DNA of 64,000 nucleotides. Origin: Plasmodiophora brassicae. Its lineage: Eukaryota. Numbering within the stretch: position 1 is the stretch's first letter; each line of letters opens with the position of its first letter. The notes below the pieces were generated by a model that saw nothing but the letters and a program-made list of their open reading frames with translations, searched no databases and was not told the DNA's origin. Below are positions 13,390-24,547 of this stretch, in pieces. The translations under genes were made by a program, and so were the position numbers. The stretch spans positions 310,001 to 374,000 of the forward strand of contig CP145426.1 in assembly GCA_036867785.1 (NCBI GenBank), written 5' to 3'.

Positions 13390-14181
13390 ATGCAAGGTGT
13401 GTCGGGACTGGTCGCCTGGATCGCCGATCGCGGTGAGCGGCTCGGCCGTCTCTAGTCCGCCCCCTCCTGACTCCCGCTCTAGTTCGACGTCGACGCCCGA
13501 CTGCCCAGCAGACGTCGTGCGTCGAGCTGGCGCTTCTGGACTCAGAGAGAAACGTTCAGGGTGTAGATGGCCGGCAGAGCCGATCGTCGGCTTCGTCGTG
13601 TGGGGCGCCGCGCGACGTCGTCAGTGTCGAGTCGCCTCCCCAACGGCGTCGGAAGACCTGCCTCGTGAAACGGTCCGCTGGGACGGCAGCGTCCAAGGTT
13701 CTCCACGACTGTCCCGGTTCGTGTATCGCTCGCCCTGATTCCGTATTGGCAGAAGCACGTCCGGATCGTGCTGCCCTGCAGCAGACATGCCGGTGCAAGC
13801 CGAACGGGTCCCAAGGTGCAATCTGGCGCTCCGTCTCGCGGCCTTTGGACTGACCGCTGGGCGTAGAAGCAGGTCCGGTTCACACTTCCGCCCTCGTCTC
13901 CCCACGAGCCGATTGGCGATGCGGGCGCACCACCCTCTGCTGTTGACGTGACGTCGGCCATCAAAGACGTCAGCAAGGTCGATGGCATCGACCTGTCCGC
14001 TCAGTGTCGCCAGGCGCAGGTGGGGCAGCTCACGCCTGTTCGCGGCATGGGAGAAGCGATCCTCGACCTGCATGCCTCAGTCGACAGCGACACGCTGATC
14101 CAAAGCTTCTGCCGAAGCGCTGCCGACAATCTGGACCTCATAGCCGCCCTGATCGACGACTTTGAACACTGCTCATGCTGA
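13390..14181 (+). CDS. Hypothetical protein (exon structure uncertain)
   Basis: Plausible terminal exon after an AG acceptor near 13866 (KQVRFTLPP...DLIAALIDDFEHCSC*). No recognisable domain. Confidence 0.3.
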
Positions 14182-14363
14182 TTGATCACGGGTGCCAGTA
14201 CGTATATACACATTCGAGGAGCGCGTCCAAACGATTGCACCGATGCCGACGGTTGCATCGGTAGTGTATTCGTTCTGGCGTCGTTGCCGTTTAGGGCCCC
14301 GGGTTCGATCGAGAATGCCGATGCGTCCCGGCTATACTACTAGGTGACGATGGCGCAGAGCCT

Positions 14364-14592
14364 ACTGCGAGCTGCATCTTGGACGCACTGCGAGCTGCAT
14401 CGTGAAACCACTGCGAGCTGCATCTTGAACGCACTGCGAACTGCATCTTGAACGCGCTGCGAGCTGCATTTCGAACGCCACAGCGAGCTGCACGTTGGGC
14501 GTCCGTGTGAGCTGCATGTTGCGGCGTCAGTGTGAGCTGCATGTTGGGTCGTCAGTGTGAGCTGCATGCGGACCGACAGTGCGAGCTGCATC
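14364..14592. repeat. Minisatellite-like array, about 10 units of 23-25 bp, core GAGCTGCAT
   Basis: Units such as actgcgagctgcatcttgaacgc drift to agtgtgagctgcatgttgggtcgtc. Ends about 50 bp before the MRPL46 ATG. Confidence 0.85.
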
Positions 14593-14644
14593 GTGCATGA
14601 CGGTATACGGGGTGCGTCGGGGTCACGGAGATTCAGACGCCATC

Positions 14645-15433
14645 ATGTTGGGGGTGTTCCGGCGCTGGGCGTCGTCGCCGTCGTCGTTGTCCCGGTGCAG
14701 GGCGTCGCTGACGACGGTGGCGTCGGCGATCGTCGAGCGCCTGCCGCTGACCGTGCCGGACCTGGAGCCGTGGGAGAAGGACTGGGACGACGTCCAGGCC
14801 GACCTCGACGAGCGCTTCTCGAAGCCGATGCCGAAGTTCGTCGAGAAGGCGCTCGACGAGCGCATGTCCCAGCCGGACATGGTCCGGTTCAGCCAGAATT
14901 TCGAACCCGCCCCGCGTGTCACTCAGGATGACATCAACGATGTTCGCACGTCGCTCGACCGCAAACTCGATTGTCTGGCGTTCGCGTTTACCGCTCTGGC
15001 CGCGTTTTCTCATTTGAACCCGTAGGCGAATTGGTGCTGATTGTCAAGGATACGAAGACCGGCAAATGGCAGTTCCCCAGCGCTGTCTGGACTGGGGATC
15101 CGGAGACGATCCGCCAGACGGCGGACCGTGCCATCTCCACGACCATTGGTGAAGAGCTCGACTTCCAGTTCACCGGCCAGGCGCCGATTGCGCACGTGTC
15201 CTATACGGAAGGGGGCGAAGAGACACGGGTACGAGGTCGACTATGGCGACCTCGCCTAGTCGATGCTCACGCGTTGTGTGCCGCAGGTGTTCTTCCTGCG
15301 AGCGTTCTACGTGTCGGGGCAGGTCCAGTCGCAGGAGTTCCTCTGGGTGACGAAGAACGAGATCGGCGAGTACGTTGACGAGCGCCTGAATCCGACCATC
15401 CAAAAGCTGCTGCTCGTCGCCGGCAACGTATGA
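14645..15433 (+). CDS. MRPL46: Mitochondrial ribosomal protein mL46 (3 exons)
   Basis: Arg/Ser-rich presequence; IVERLP; PAPRVTQDD..D.RTSLDRKLD; LVLIVK..KWQFP; VFFLRA..FLWVTKNEI (Nudix-like mL46 fold). Confidence 0.85.
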
Positions 15434-15489
15434 TGTACGCTGCGGGTCGCCAACCACTGTATGGACAAACTATGTATTTACAGTGACGT

Positions 15490-15844
15490 TCACGACTTTG
15501 GCGCGAAGACCTTGAAATGCCCTTGCTTGTCCTCGACGTAGATGTACCAGCCCAGCATCGCAATCCCGAAGATGTCTGAGGCGCACGGCCAATCAATCAG
15601 TCAACGGTGGACACCTCGTATGGGACCACCACTGACCGGTGCAGAAGACGAAGAAGCGCCACAGCGTTGATTTCAGCCAGTACGTCGACAGGTTGACGAG
15701 GATGACGGCGCAGGCGAGAATAACGAGGGCAATGTCGGGCTGGTTGTACAACGCCAATCCGATGGCCAGGCCGCAACCGAGAATGGCGATCAGCGCCACC
15801 ACGCAGAAGGGCGTGATCTTGTTCTGCTCCGTTTCCATCTCCAT
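15490..15844 (-). CDS. Small multi-pass membrane protein (2 exons)
   Basis: Three hydrophobic segments. Removing one GT-AG intron gives ...FFVFCTDIFGIAMLGWYIYVEDKQGHFKVFAPKS*. Confidence 0.5.
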
Positions 15845-16966
15845 GGCGCTCTGTGTCGTGTCGTTTCACAGCGATGAGCTTGACTCTGACGTGAGCCCTG
15901 ACGATGACGCAACCGAGTTTCATGCTGGCGTGACTCAACCGGCGAACGTTTTATGCAGCGCTCAACACTGTATTCGTTCGTGATCGCAGGTGCGCATCCA
16001 CCATTGCCGTGATTGCTGTGCTCAGGAACACAGTCAGCGGGTAATCGAACCTGACGACCTGTAGGGCATCAGAAACGTTCCCATCGCATAGAAACGGTGC
16101 ACGAACCAGCTCGTTGGATCTGCTCTGCGTTTCGTCGAAGCGCCTGATTTCTAAAACGCTCCTAAAGTGGCACATCCGTTAGGTGGCACCCTGAGAGCGT
16201 CCCCTCGTCGCTGACCGGTTGGACTGCTCCACTCGTAGGACCAGGACCGGGCTCAGATAATTATTGATGAAGCCCGTCATGACTGGGACATTTGATATTC
16301 AGTACACGTTCTCGTTGGCATCTGCGAACCATTAACATTACCCAAGCCGGTCGCGCCAGTCTCGTGCCAGTTCAGATACTGCACACGACGGCATCAGCGC
16401 CGGCATGCCAACGTGTACTATGACTAACGGTTACCTGATTTAACAGTACGACTTTGACATGGTGCTTGCCGTATCGGGATGTGATCGTGATCAGCGCGAC
16501 TGGCATCCGCGTCTCCAGGCTAACCGTCTTCCACAGCATCGTTTGCAAATCTCCAACCATCCTGTAGGCACGCAGGACGTACGAATATCCAGTTGTCGGG
16601 GTCGGGCTTTCGAAAGGAAACCTTGCCGACGTAGTTCGGGTTCCTTCTCTTGCGCAACACGTTCTGGTCCACGCTGCCCCACCATTGGGTACACCGGCGA
16701 TGATGCTACCTATGCGATGCTGGTCTGACCTGAGACGGAACTTGCTCGCTCTGGATTTGCGTCGAATGCAGAGGCAGGGAAGGTCGTCGTTTCCGGATAC
16801 GAAGACCTAGACCGTACAGTCAGACGTCGTCGTTGCCGGTGAGCGGCGACCGCAGCCGCACAGACCTTGTAGAATGGGCGCTGGCCGGATTCCAGGACAA
16901 CGGTCAGCGCGGGACTATGCAGACCTTGACGATGGATGACCTCAACTGTGCGGGTCACGAAACAGG

Positions 16967-17567
16967 TCAGCTTGGGCCAGGAACGGGTGCCCCAAAGGAC
17001 GGACCGTGACGGATCGAGCCCCATTCGTAGATTCGCGGGCCGTCGCTTCGGACCTCGTCCCGCTCGAGTTGCATCAATGTCGGGTGCGCTTCAACAGCGA
17101 TCGCCCTAAAACAGGGCATATTAGCTTCGGGTTTGCCGCCCGGCCGCACCCGCTTACGATTCACGCGCTCGTGGAGGTGAGGATGGCCCCGGGTCGGCCA
17201 CAGGATCGTTGTCGTTGTCCAACGCGACGCCGTCAACCACCCACAACGCCGTATCGGGTTCCCTCATGGCCCCTTCGACCGACTCCGCCATCGACCGTCT
17301 CAGCCGCAAACTGGCGGCTCGGTCGCCGTCCTCCTCCTCGTCGTTCGCCTTTGCGGGCGTATCGCTAGGCAGATCGGCGATCAGCGCCAGATACCCCCGC
17401 AGGCTCCGACCAAGCGGAACGCGCTCCTCCTCCTCCTCGTCATGGTCGTCGATCCCCCAACGGTCCATCCACGAAGAGGTCCCCCAGACCCGCACTCTGG
17501 GCCCGTCCCTCCTCCACGTTTTTGGGGGGCGACGCCTTACGCCACGCACGATTAGGGCGCCCGTCAT
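16967..17567 (-). CDS. Hypothetical acidic low-complexity protein (partial model)
   Basis: ORF with DEEEEE/DEEED tracts and coding-like composition; 3' exons not resolved. Confidence 0.3.
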
Positions 17568-17657
17568 ATATCAATATTCGCCGTCGCTGCGGAACCAACG
17601 CACGCGCAACTCCACCACTGTGTCAAAGGCCTAGTACGTTTGTACAAGTGTATCGAC

Positions 17658-19394
17658 CTAACGGTAGTCGTTGCCGACCGTGATGTTGAACGACCGTTTC
17701 AGGAGCGCGTCGTCGTCGACGAGGTCGTACGACCCGACGCCGGGGACGCCGTTGCCGGACCCGTCGGCGAACCGCGACGACCGCGACCGGAACGCGGACA
17801 CGGCGCCGCCGGACCGCGCCCGCCCCGCCTTGTCGTCCGGGGCGGCGTACGCGCCAGGGCCGGGCGCCTGCGACGTTGGCCCGTCGGCGAACCGCTTCTG
17901 CCCCGAGATGAACACGTGGCCGGCGCTGCCCAGCCGTTTCTTTGGCGCCCAGGTCGCCATCAGGTTGTACGCGGTCGGCGGCGGCGCGTCCTGGCCCGCC
18001 TCCTGCAGCAGGACGCGCTTCGTCTTGGACTGGAACGCGCCGGTCGGCCTGCCCGACTTGTACCGCGGCTCGACGTGCACCGGGGGCGTGTACGCACCCG
18101 GCCCCGGGACGTCCCCCTGGACGGTGCTCCTCGACGGGAACCTTCCAGAGCGCACTCGCGTCAGCAACAGGCGCCCTCGACACACGTCGTCGTCGTCGTC
18201 GTACCGTTCGGCGCCGACGCCGAACCCGCTTCGCCGGCTGCGCTTGTACGCCTCCAGGTCCGGGTCGCCGCGCGCCGCCTTCTCGGGTGCGTACGCGCCC
18301 GGCCCGGGTGTGCCCGCCCCGGCGCCGGCCGCCGCCGCCTGGAACCGGACGGCCCCGGTCAGGAACGGCGCCGAGTCCTTGATGCCCAGCGCCGCCCTCC
18401 TCAGCTTCACGTCGGTCGCCGTCTGGAACGACGACAGCGCCCGCAGGTCGTACGCGCCGACGCCGGGCGCCGTGTCGCTGGTCGGCGGCGCGCGCCACCG
18501 ATCCGACCACCGCGAGAACGCCTGCTGCTCCTTCGGGATCGCGTTGCGCCGCGCCACCGAGCGCTGGGCGGCCACGTCGTACTGGCCGGGGGCCGGCCCC
18601 GTCGCCGGGCGCTCCACGAAGCGCTCCGGGCCGCCGGTGAAGGACGCGCCGCGCCCGGCCGCCTGCCATGGGTCGGGGATCGAGTGCGCGCCGGGCCCCG
18701 GCGTGCTCGTCGCCCGGCGGCGGCAGGGCGCCCGGACCGAGCGCGACCGGCCAAAGTCGCACGTCTTCGTGACGCGCAGCGCCCGGTCGTCCACCTGGTA
18801 GTCGGCGGGGCCGACCCGGTCCGCGCCGACGCCCGTGCGCGTCGGGAACGGGGCCGGGCGCGACTCCAGGTCGCCGTGCGCGTTCTCCACGTACCCGTGC
18901 GACTGCGCCCGCGCCGGGATCGACGGCGCCGTCGAGACGCGCACCCAGCTGACGACGGGGGGCGCGCGTCGCCGTCGTCGCCGGCCCGACGCCGCCGCCG
19001 AACGCCCCTCCCAGGGCGTATGCGCGATGAACGACACGGGCGTCGACGCGTTCGCGTTCGGCGTCGCGAACCTGCGGGACGTTAGGGACGAGGTTGGGGA
19101 CGACGGACGGACCCGCGAGGACGACCTGGCCGCCGTGCTTCGGAAGGCGGCGGACGCGGGCGAGGAGCGCGTCGCGGCGGGCAGGCCGACGGGCAGGTAG
19201 GCGCCCGGGCCCGGGACGTCGTCCCTGGGGTCGTGCGGGATGCGCGCCGCTGTGGAGTTGAACGGCGCCATGCCGACGGCGGCGCGGCGCGGCGCGTGCG
19301 CGTCGTCGTGGCCGATGATGTTGTACGACCCGGGGCCGAGCGCGTCCGCCCCGGGCCCCTGCCGGAAGCGGGGCGCGCGAAACACGAACGCCAT
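17658..19394 (-). CDS. Sperm-tail PG-rich repeat (SHIPPO/ODF3/STPG-like) flagellar protein
   Basis: About ten PGPG(A/S/Q)Y repeats interspersed with F.S...RF motifs. Confidence 0.85.
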   Translation of the reverse strand: MAFVFRAPRFRQGPGADALGPGSYNIIGHDDAHAPRRAAVGMAPFNSTAARIPHDPRDDVPGPGAYLPVGLPAATRSSPASAAFRSTAARSSSRVRPSSPTSSLTSRRFATPNANASTPVSFIAHTPWEGRSAAASGRRRRRRAPPVVSWVRVSTAPSIPARAQSHGYVENAHGDLESRPAPFPTRTGVGADRVGPADYQVDDRALRVTKTCDFGRSRSVRAPCRRRATSTPGPGAHSIPDPWQAAGRGASFTGGPERFVERPATGPAPGQYDVAAQRSVARRNAIPKEQQAFSRWSDRWRAPPTSDTAPGVGAYDLRALSSFQTATDVKLRRAALGIKDSAPFLTGAVRFQAAAAGAGAGTPGPGAYAPEKAARGDPDLEAYKRSRRSGFGVGAERYDDDDDVCRGRLLLTRVRSGRFPSRSTVQGDVPGPGAYTPPVHVEPRYKSGRPTGAFQSKTKRVLLQEAGQDAPPPTAYNLMATWAPKKRLGSAGHVFISGQKRFADGPTSQAPGPGAYAAPDDKAGRARSGGAVSAFRSRSSRFADGSGNGVPGVGSYDLVDDDALLKRSFNITVGNDYR

Positions 19395-19498
19395 GCGCGC
19401 TCAGGACGACGCCATCTAACGCGTTAGCGCGGGGGGGAACCAGGGTGGTACACCGCGATGATCGACACGCCCAGGTACGTGTATAGATAGGTAAACGG

Positions 19499-21262
19499 TC
19501 AGTCGGCGTGCGGACGCCGGTCGGGCGAGGCGAACGCGCCGACGACGGCGATGACGCACTGGGGGATGTACATCGAGAAGACCATGGGGAAGATGAGGTG
19601 GTCCGACGTGGGCGCCAGCACGACGAACCGGTACAGGAGCGTCACCGGGGACGCGTCGATAAGCAAGCCGACGACGACGAGCAGGACGAGCGGGTTGCAG
19701 ACCCCCAGGACGGTATAGCGTCGGACCGTTTCGAAACGCGTTCGACAGGGGAAGGCGAGCACGAACGGCAGCATGAAGAACATGAGCGCCAGGGTCATGG
19801 TGAAGTTGACAACGGAGAAGCTGACACAGATGACGACGGTGGCCGTGTGCACCAACGACTGCAGCCAGATCAAGGACAGGTGTCGACCTCGGAGCATGCG
19901 CCAGCAGACGATCACGCTGACGACGGCGATGCCCGCCCATATCGCCAGGGCGGCCACCGCCGAATCGGCCAGGGCAACGCCGAACCGCATGGCAGCCATT
20001 GCTGCATAAAGGACGGTGAAGGCGACGACGGCGGGGGGCATCTCCGACAGCGGCAGCTGGTCGGGGACGCGCTGCAGCACCTGCAGAGCGAACGGTAGCC
20101 CGAGGACGATAATCGCCCAGTAGTAGACGCTGAACGTGACCAGTTTCGTTGTCGACGTCACAATGTACAGGAACGACGAATGGTGGAGCTTCTCGATGCA
20201 GTTGCTGAACGCACGAACCGATTCCTCCAGGGCGCGCGCCACCGCCAGGTACGCCGACGTCTTCAGGCGCCCGTCGACGCGGGCACCCCGCGCGACAAGG
20301 CTCACTGCGTCGATGTTGTACTCGATGAACGGCCCGTGCATGCCTACGCGGGCCAACGGTTAGCGAACGGGTCGCCGGGTGGGGACACAGGGTCGCCCAC
20401 CTGAGAACGCGCCCGTCACCGAATCCGCCATGAAGCGCAGCATCGGACGGTAACGGTTGAACCACTGAAGAGCGTCGTCTCGGCGCGACGACGATTGCAG
20501 GAGGCCCGCGTAATTATCAGAGATGCTGATCGGCACGTTATGCTGCGCGGTGACGTACTGGACGACGGCAACGATGTCAAAGTTCGGCAGGATGCCGTGC
20601 GACGACGACGTCGTCAACGACAGCGTCTCGAACGACGTCGACGGCGGCAGGTCGATAACGAACGCGGCACGAATCGACCCCGCTCGATCGAGCGGTAGGT
20701 GAGCACCCGTCGGCGCCTCCCCGGAGTACACGGCGTGATACGCGTCCAGCCATTTGCTGAGAAGCGCTGGTCGGGCGGCAGGGACGCAGACCAGAATAAC
20801 GTCCTTGGCGAGCCATTTCACAGCGTTCAGATAGGTCAGCAGCGCGACGGCAACGTGCAAACCGGACAGGGCGCGTTTAAAGGCGACATGCGGGTGGTAG
20901 GGGGCGACAATGGCAATGGAGTCCTCGCCGTTGGACCGACGGGATCGAAGAACGGCGTAGTGGATATCGCGGTCGAATTCGCGGACGACGATACCGTGCG
21001 GAGACAGCAGTCGGTCAAGGAACGCGCGGACCGACGGCGACGTGGCGTTCGGCGCGTCGCTCCCGAACGCGTCGGCGACGTCGCCCGGGGCCATCGCCGA
21101 CTGGATCGAGTGGATGACCAGGGCGTTCTCGTCGACGTAGAACTCCTGCGACAGGTCCGGCAGCAGCAGCACGTAGGCCAGGCCGGCCGCGTACGCCACC
21201 GCCAGGAACGTGGGCAGCGGCACGCGCCGCAGCGTCTCCAGCTTGACGTACTGCCGCAACAT
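19499..21262 (-). CDS. GAA1: GPI transamidase subunit GAA1/GPAA1 (2 exons)
   Basis: N-terminal TM then YVDENAL; WLAKDVILV; GILPNFD; HGPF..YNIDAVSL; EKLHHSSFLY; C-terminal TM bundle. Confidence 0.9.
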
Positions 21263-21405
21263 GCTGCCGCACCCGTCCCCAAACAGTGGCCGCCGCCGCC
21301 GCCGCCGCCGCTCAGCACTGCAGCCCCGCCCCTATTCTCCATTTTTTGGTTGGCCGACGCTGGAGCCGCGAACCAGGTCACCTCGTGGGGACTAGGGGTG
21401 GGCAC

Positions 21406-21565
21406 GGTCCGGTCCGGGACCGGTCCCGGACCGGACCGCTCAGAAGTTGGACCGGACCGGACCGGACCGAGCAGTGTAACGTAAAGGACCGGACCGGACT
21501 GGACCGATCAAGTCTCGGACCGATAGGACCGGGACCGCAGTCTCAGGACCGGTCCTGTACCGACC
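21406..21565. repeat. Left subterminal (GGACC/GGTCC)n array of the hAT element
   Basis: Repeated pentamers in both orientations, as in hAT transposase-binding subtermini. Confidence 0.85.
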
Positions 21566-21814
21566 GCCATTGACGTTGTATTATGGGGCGTGGAACCGCC
21601 TCTTCAATGAACTATGACAACAGTATAATGTTGACCGTTGAACTTATATTGGTCGTTTTCATCCAAAATGAAATTTTCTGCGTCAGTTGACAGCCGTGGA
21701 TCCAAGTATCGCGACGGCATTTTTTTGACTGGTCAGGATCGCTCCGGATCATCACCAAACTCCGTACGTCAGCCTGCGATCAGCGCGCTCAGGTTGCCAG
21801 CTGTTCGACCAGCG

Positions 21815-22888
21815 ATGGCGTCGTCTGGACCTGGGGATAGTGGATCAACCGCCAATGAGATCCTCGAAGGAGACGATCGTGTTCATGTCACACTTGACGT
21901 GATTGTGAAACCGTATGTAAGCATACAGCCGCGGAACACGTTGTATCACGTTCTAGGCCAATTCGACGTCGAAGTGGCCACCGTTGGCGACTTTACAGAC
22001 GCCGTACTTGGTCTCGTTCAAGAAAACGTAGACGGCCTGGCTCGCAAGTCATCTGACGACGACTCGACGTATATACTTGCTAAGGAGACCGTAACGTTAA
22101 CGTCACTGGACCAGTTTGTTGCCATCAAACACAACAATCACTTCTACGCCTTCCACCGTCCACATGGCGAGGATCACCGAGATCCAATGCGTACCCCAAC
22201 TGTTGTGCTAACGTTCAAATTGAAGTTAGTCACTGAATGTTGTTCTTGGCATACAGGCATAACCAAGGACACGCTTAACCGCTGGAGTAAGGACGTCCCG
22301 AGTCTATTCATTTATCAGTACGGGAAAGAGCTGCGAAACGCATCGGACTTCAAGAAGTTTCAAGCGTCTGTGTTCTCGGCTCCGCAGTTGGACCGTGCTC
22401 GCGCCGCTGCCGATGAACAAGTGAGAGCGATCGAACGCCAACTGAAGGATCACTGGGGAACGGTATATCAATCCCAGTCAGCCAACTGGCGGATTTGGGC
22501 CAGTCGCATCGCGCGCGAGCCGGTCACACGTCGAGCTGCTTTGATCGAGGATCCGCCTCCATACGAAATCGTCCACCTCTTCGAGCACTCGCCACTACAA
22601 AATGGACCGTTGCTCACGACCCTCCGGGAAGACAATTCCACAACGCTAGCGATTCTGGACACGATGGACGATCACTTGCAAGAGTTTCAGGACTTTATCC
22701 ATCGCCAGATCGAGGCGTTTCGCGACAGCGTTGGGTGCCAGATGCGGCAGATGCGCGACACCGTGCGCCGACATCGACGAGTTGCTGAGGCGCTTAGGGC
22801 TAGTCTTCATCCCGAGGAACTTCCTGATAATCTGAACAGGCTGCAGAGGGCTCCCAATCAGAGTGATTTTGACCATGAGGATCAATAA
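21815..22888 (+). CDS. Transposon-associated protein of unknown function with C-terminal coiled coil
   Basis: Long intact ORF with a probable in-frame 66-nt intron (about 22191-22256); core DRARAAA..LKDHWG..WRIWASRI..PPP; heptad-rich C-terminus. Confidence 0.75.
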   Translation: MASSGPGDSGSTANEILEGDDRVHVTLDVIVKPYVSIQPRNTLYHVLGQFDVEVATVGDFTDAVLGLVQENVDGLARKSSDDDSTYILAKETVTLTSLDQFVAIKHNNHFYAFHRPHGEDHRDPMRTPTVVLTFKLKLVTECCSWHTGITKDTLNRWSKDVPSLFIYQYGKELRNASDFKKFQASVFSAPQLDRARAAADEQVRAIERQLKDHWGTVYQSQSANWRIWASRIAREPVTRRAALIEDPPPYEIVHLFEHSPLQNGPLLTTLREDNSTTLAILDTMDDHLQEFQDFIHRQIEAFRDSVGCQMRQMRDTVRRHRRVAEALRASLHPEELPDNLNRLQRAPNQSDFDHEDQ

Positions 22889-22890
22889 AT

Positions 22891-24088
22891 TTATTCGAAT
22901 CCGGCCTCCGTCATGCGATTGGTGATGTCCTTGTAGGCGACGCCTGGATTGAACTTTCCGTTTGCGCCAAACCCACATTTCTTGAACAGACCTCTCATAT
23001 CATATCTCCGAAACTTCTTGAGTTCCGTTAAGATTACAACAGGGAGGTCCTTCGGTTTGACATTGCCTTCAGCATACCAACGCCTAAGGCTTTTCTTGAC
23101 AAGACCGAACACAATCTCAATCGGGTTGAACATCGGACAGTAGGCTGGCAGGAAGATGGGAATGATGCCGAGATCCCGTAGGTACTCGACTATCGTATGA
23201 TGGCAATGTATCCTGGCTCCATCCATGATCCAAACCGATTGCCGCCCAGGATGCTTCTGAACTCGGCCGGACAGAGCATGCTCACGGACGCATTCGACAA
23301 ATTTCTGACGATCGAACGTGCCCTCTGTGAGAAATGTGCCTTCCAACCCATCACATCCGATGAAGCACAACAACGAGCTACGCGGCCTTCTGACGAATTC
23401 GCCTCTGAAGAGCAGTTCCTGGCCCTGCATAACGCATGTTAGGGTCCTGTATACGGATAACGTTGGGGAACTCGTCGACAGACCTTAAGCGCATAACCCT
23501 TGCGACGTAGCATGTCCCGGTTGTCGAGGCCGAACTCGTCAAGAAAGCACAGGCTGGAGTGGGTCCAGTCGATAGCGTTGAGTTCCTCGAAGAATCGGAC
23601 GATGTCTGCTTCCTTGATCTGGATGGCTCGACGGACAATGAGCTATTCAACAGTAAGCCGAAACTGATAACCCATTCCTGTTCGAGTCGTACCTTTCGAG
23701 TAAAGCCGTATTCGCGAAGTATGCGCCAGATCGTGCTCAAACTGATGTCGTTCTTCCAGTTGATTTCGAATGCCAGCTTGGCTTCGTCAAGAAAGGACAA
23801 AGGGTTGGCGAGGAAGTAGTCCCTTATCCATTCGCGGTGTTCAGGCGTGTACTTCCGCTGCGACTCTGTTGCCTTACGGGATACGGCACCGGTGCGCTCG
23901 TACCGCTCGATCCATCTGCCGATCGTCGATGGCGCCTTGCGATACAAAAGGGCTATCTGATTCTGCTTGAGGCCGATGAAATAGTAGGCGTACAGCGCAT
24001 GCAGTTTGGTGTTCTCTGTAGCATGTTGGCTTTCAATTGCTTCGGACACGTGTACACCATGAGCGGCCGCCATCTCCAACGCTGGCAC
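22891..24088 (-). CDS. IS630/Tc1-mariner superfamily DD34E transposase (3 exons)
   Basis: N-terminal HTH (IALLYRKAPSTIGRWIERY; ISLSTIWRIL); FLDE; IMDGARIH; LPAYCPMFNPIE with 34 residues between D and E. Two GT-AG introns restore the frame. Confidence 0.9.
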
Positions 24089-24547
24089 CTACGCGCTTTG
24101 CAATAATTTTGTAACTGAAAAAGAGGGAGCACGACGCCACAGATCACATCTACAACCTTGAACGGGCGTTACATCGTCTGCTCGCGCTCGTGCAATCCAA
24201 ATCAGGTATAACAACTAGTCTCAGGTCAACCACTACCGAACAGGACACGATTGCGAAGACGGTTGTTTCTCGAGCTCCGTTTAATTGATCAGAATCGCCG
24301 CTACGTATCTTCTCTACCTGCTTGACTGAAAGATTGCCACATCCCGTCCCTATATCTTCTGGAAGCTACAGGTTTCAAGTCAAACCAGCCGAGCAAGCGC
24401 GCTCGCGATAGTTGGGCACCAACAATCGCGAAAAAAATGCGTGGCGACGGTTGATAGTTGGGGCGATTGCATTTCGGACGGCAATCGCAATACTTACCAT
24501 TTGGCACCAAAATAAGTATAAGTTCAACGGTCAACATTATACTGTTG

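Noticed and set aside
14364-14592. CRISPR-like array
   Set aside because: The core is only about 10 bp, the linkers are 12-14 bp and related to each other, there are no cas genes, and the context is eukaryotic.
17623-19085. Long overlapping ORFs (17640+, 17671+, 17623-) and similar ones over PIG-Q, CNOT3 and the GPCR genes
   Set aside because: Arg/Pro/Ala-rich shadow frames expected from high-GC codon usage on or opposite real genes.
21815-22888. Fanzor/TnpB nuclease as the second ORF of the Tc1-like element
   Set aside because: No RuvC I/II/III acidic motifs or CxxC zinc ribbon are visible; the C-terminus is a coiled coil.
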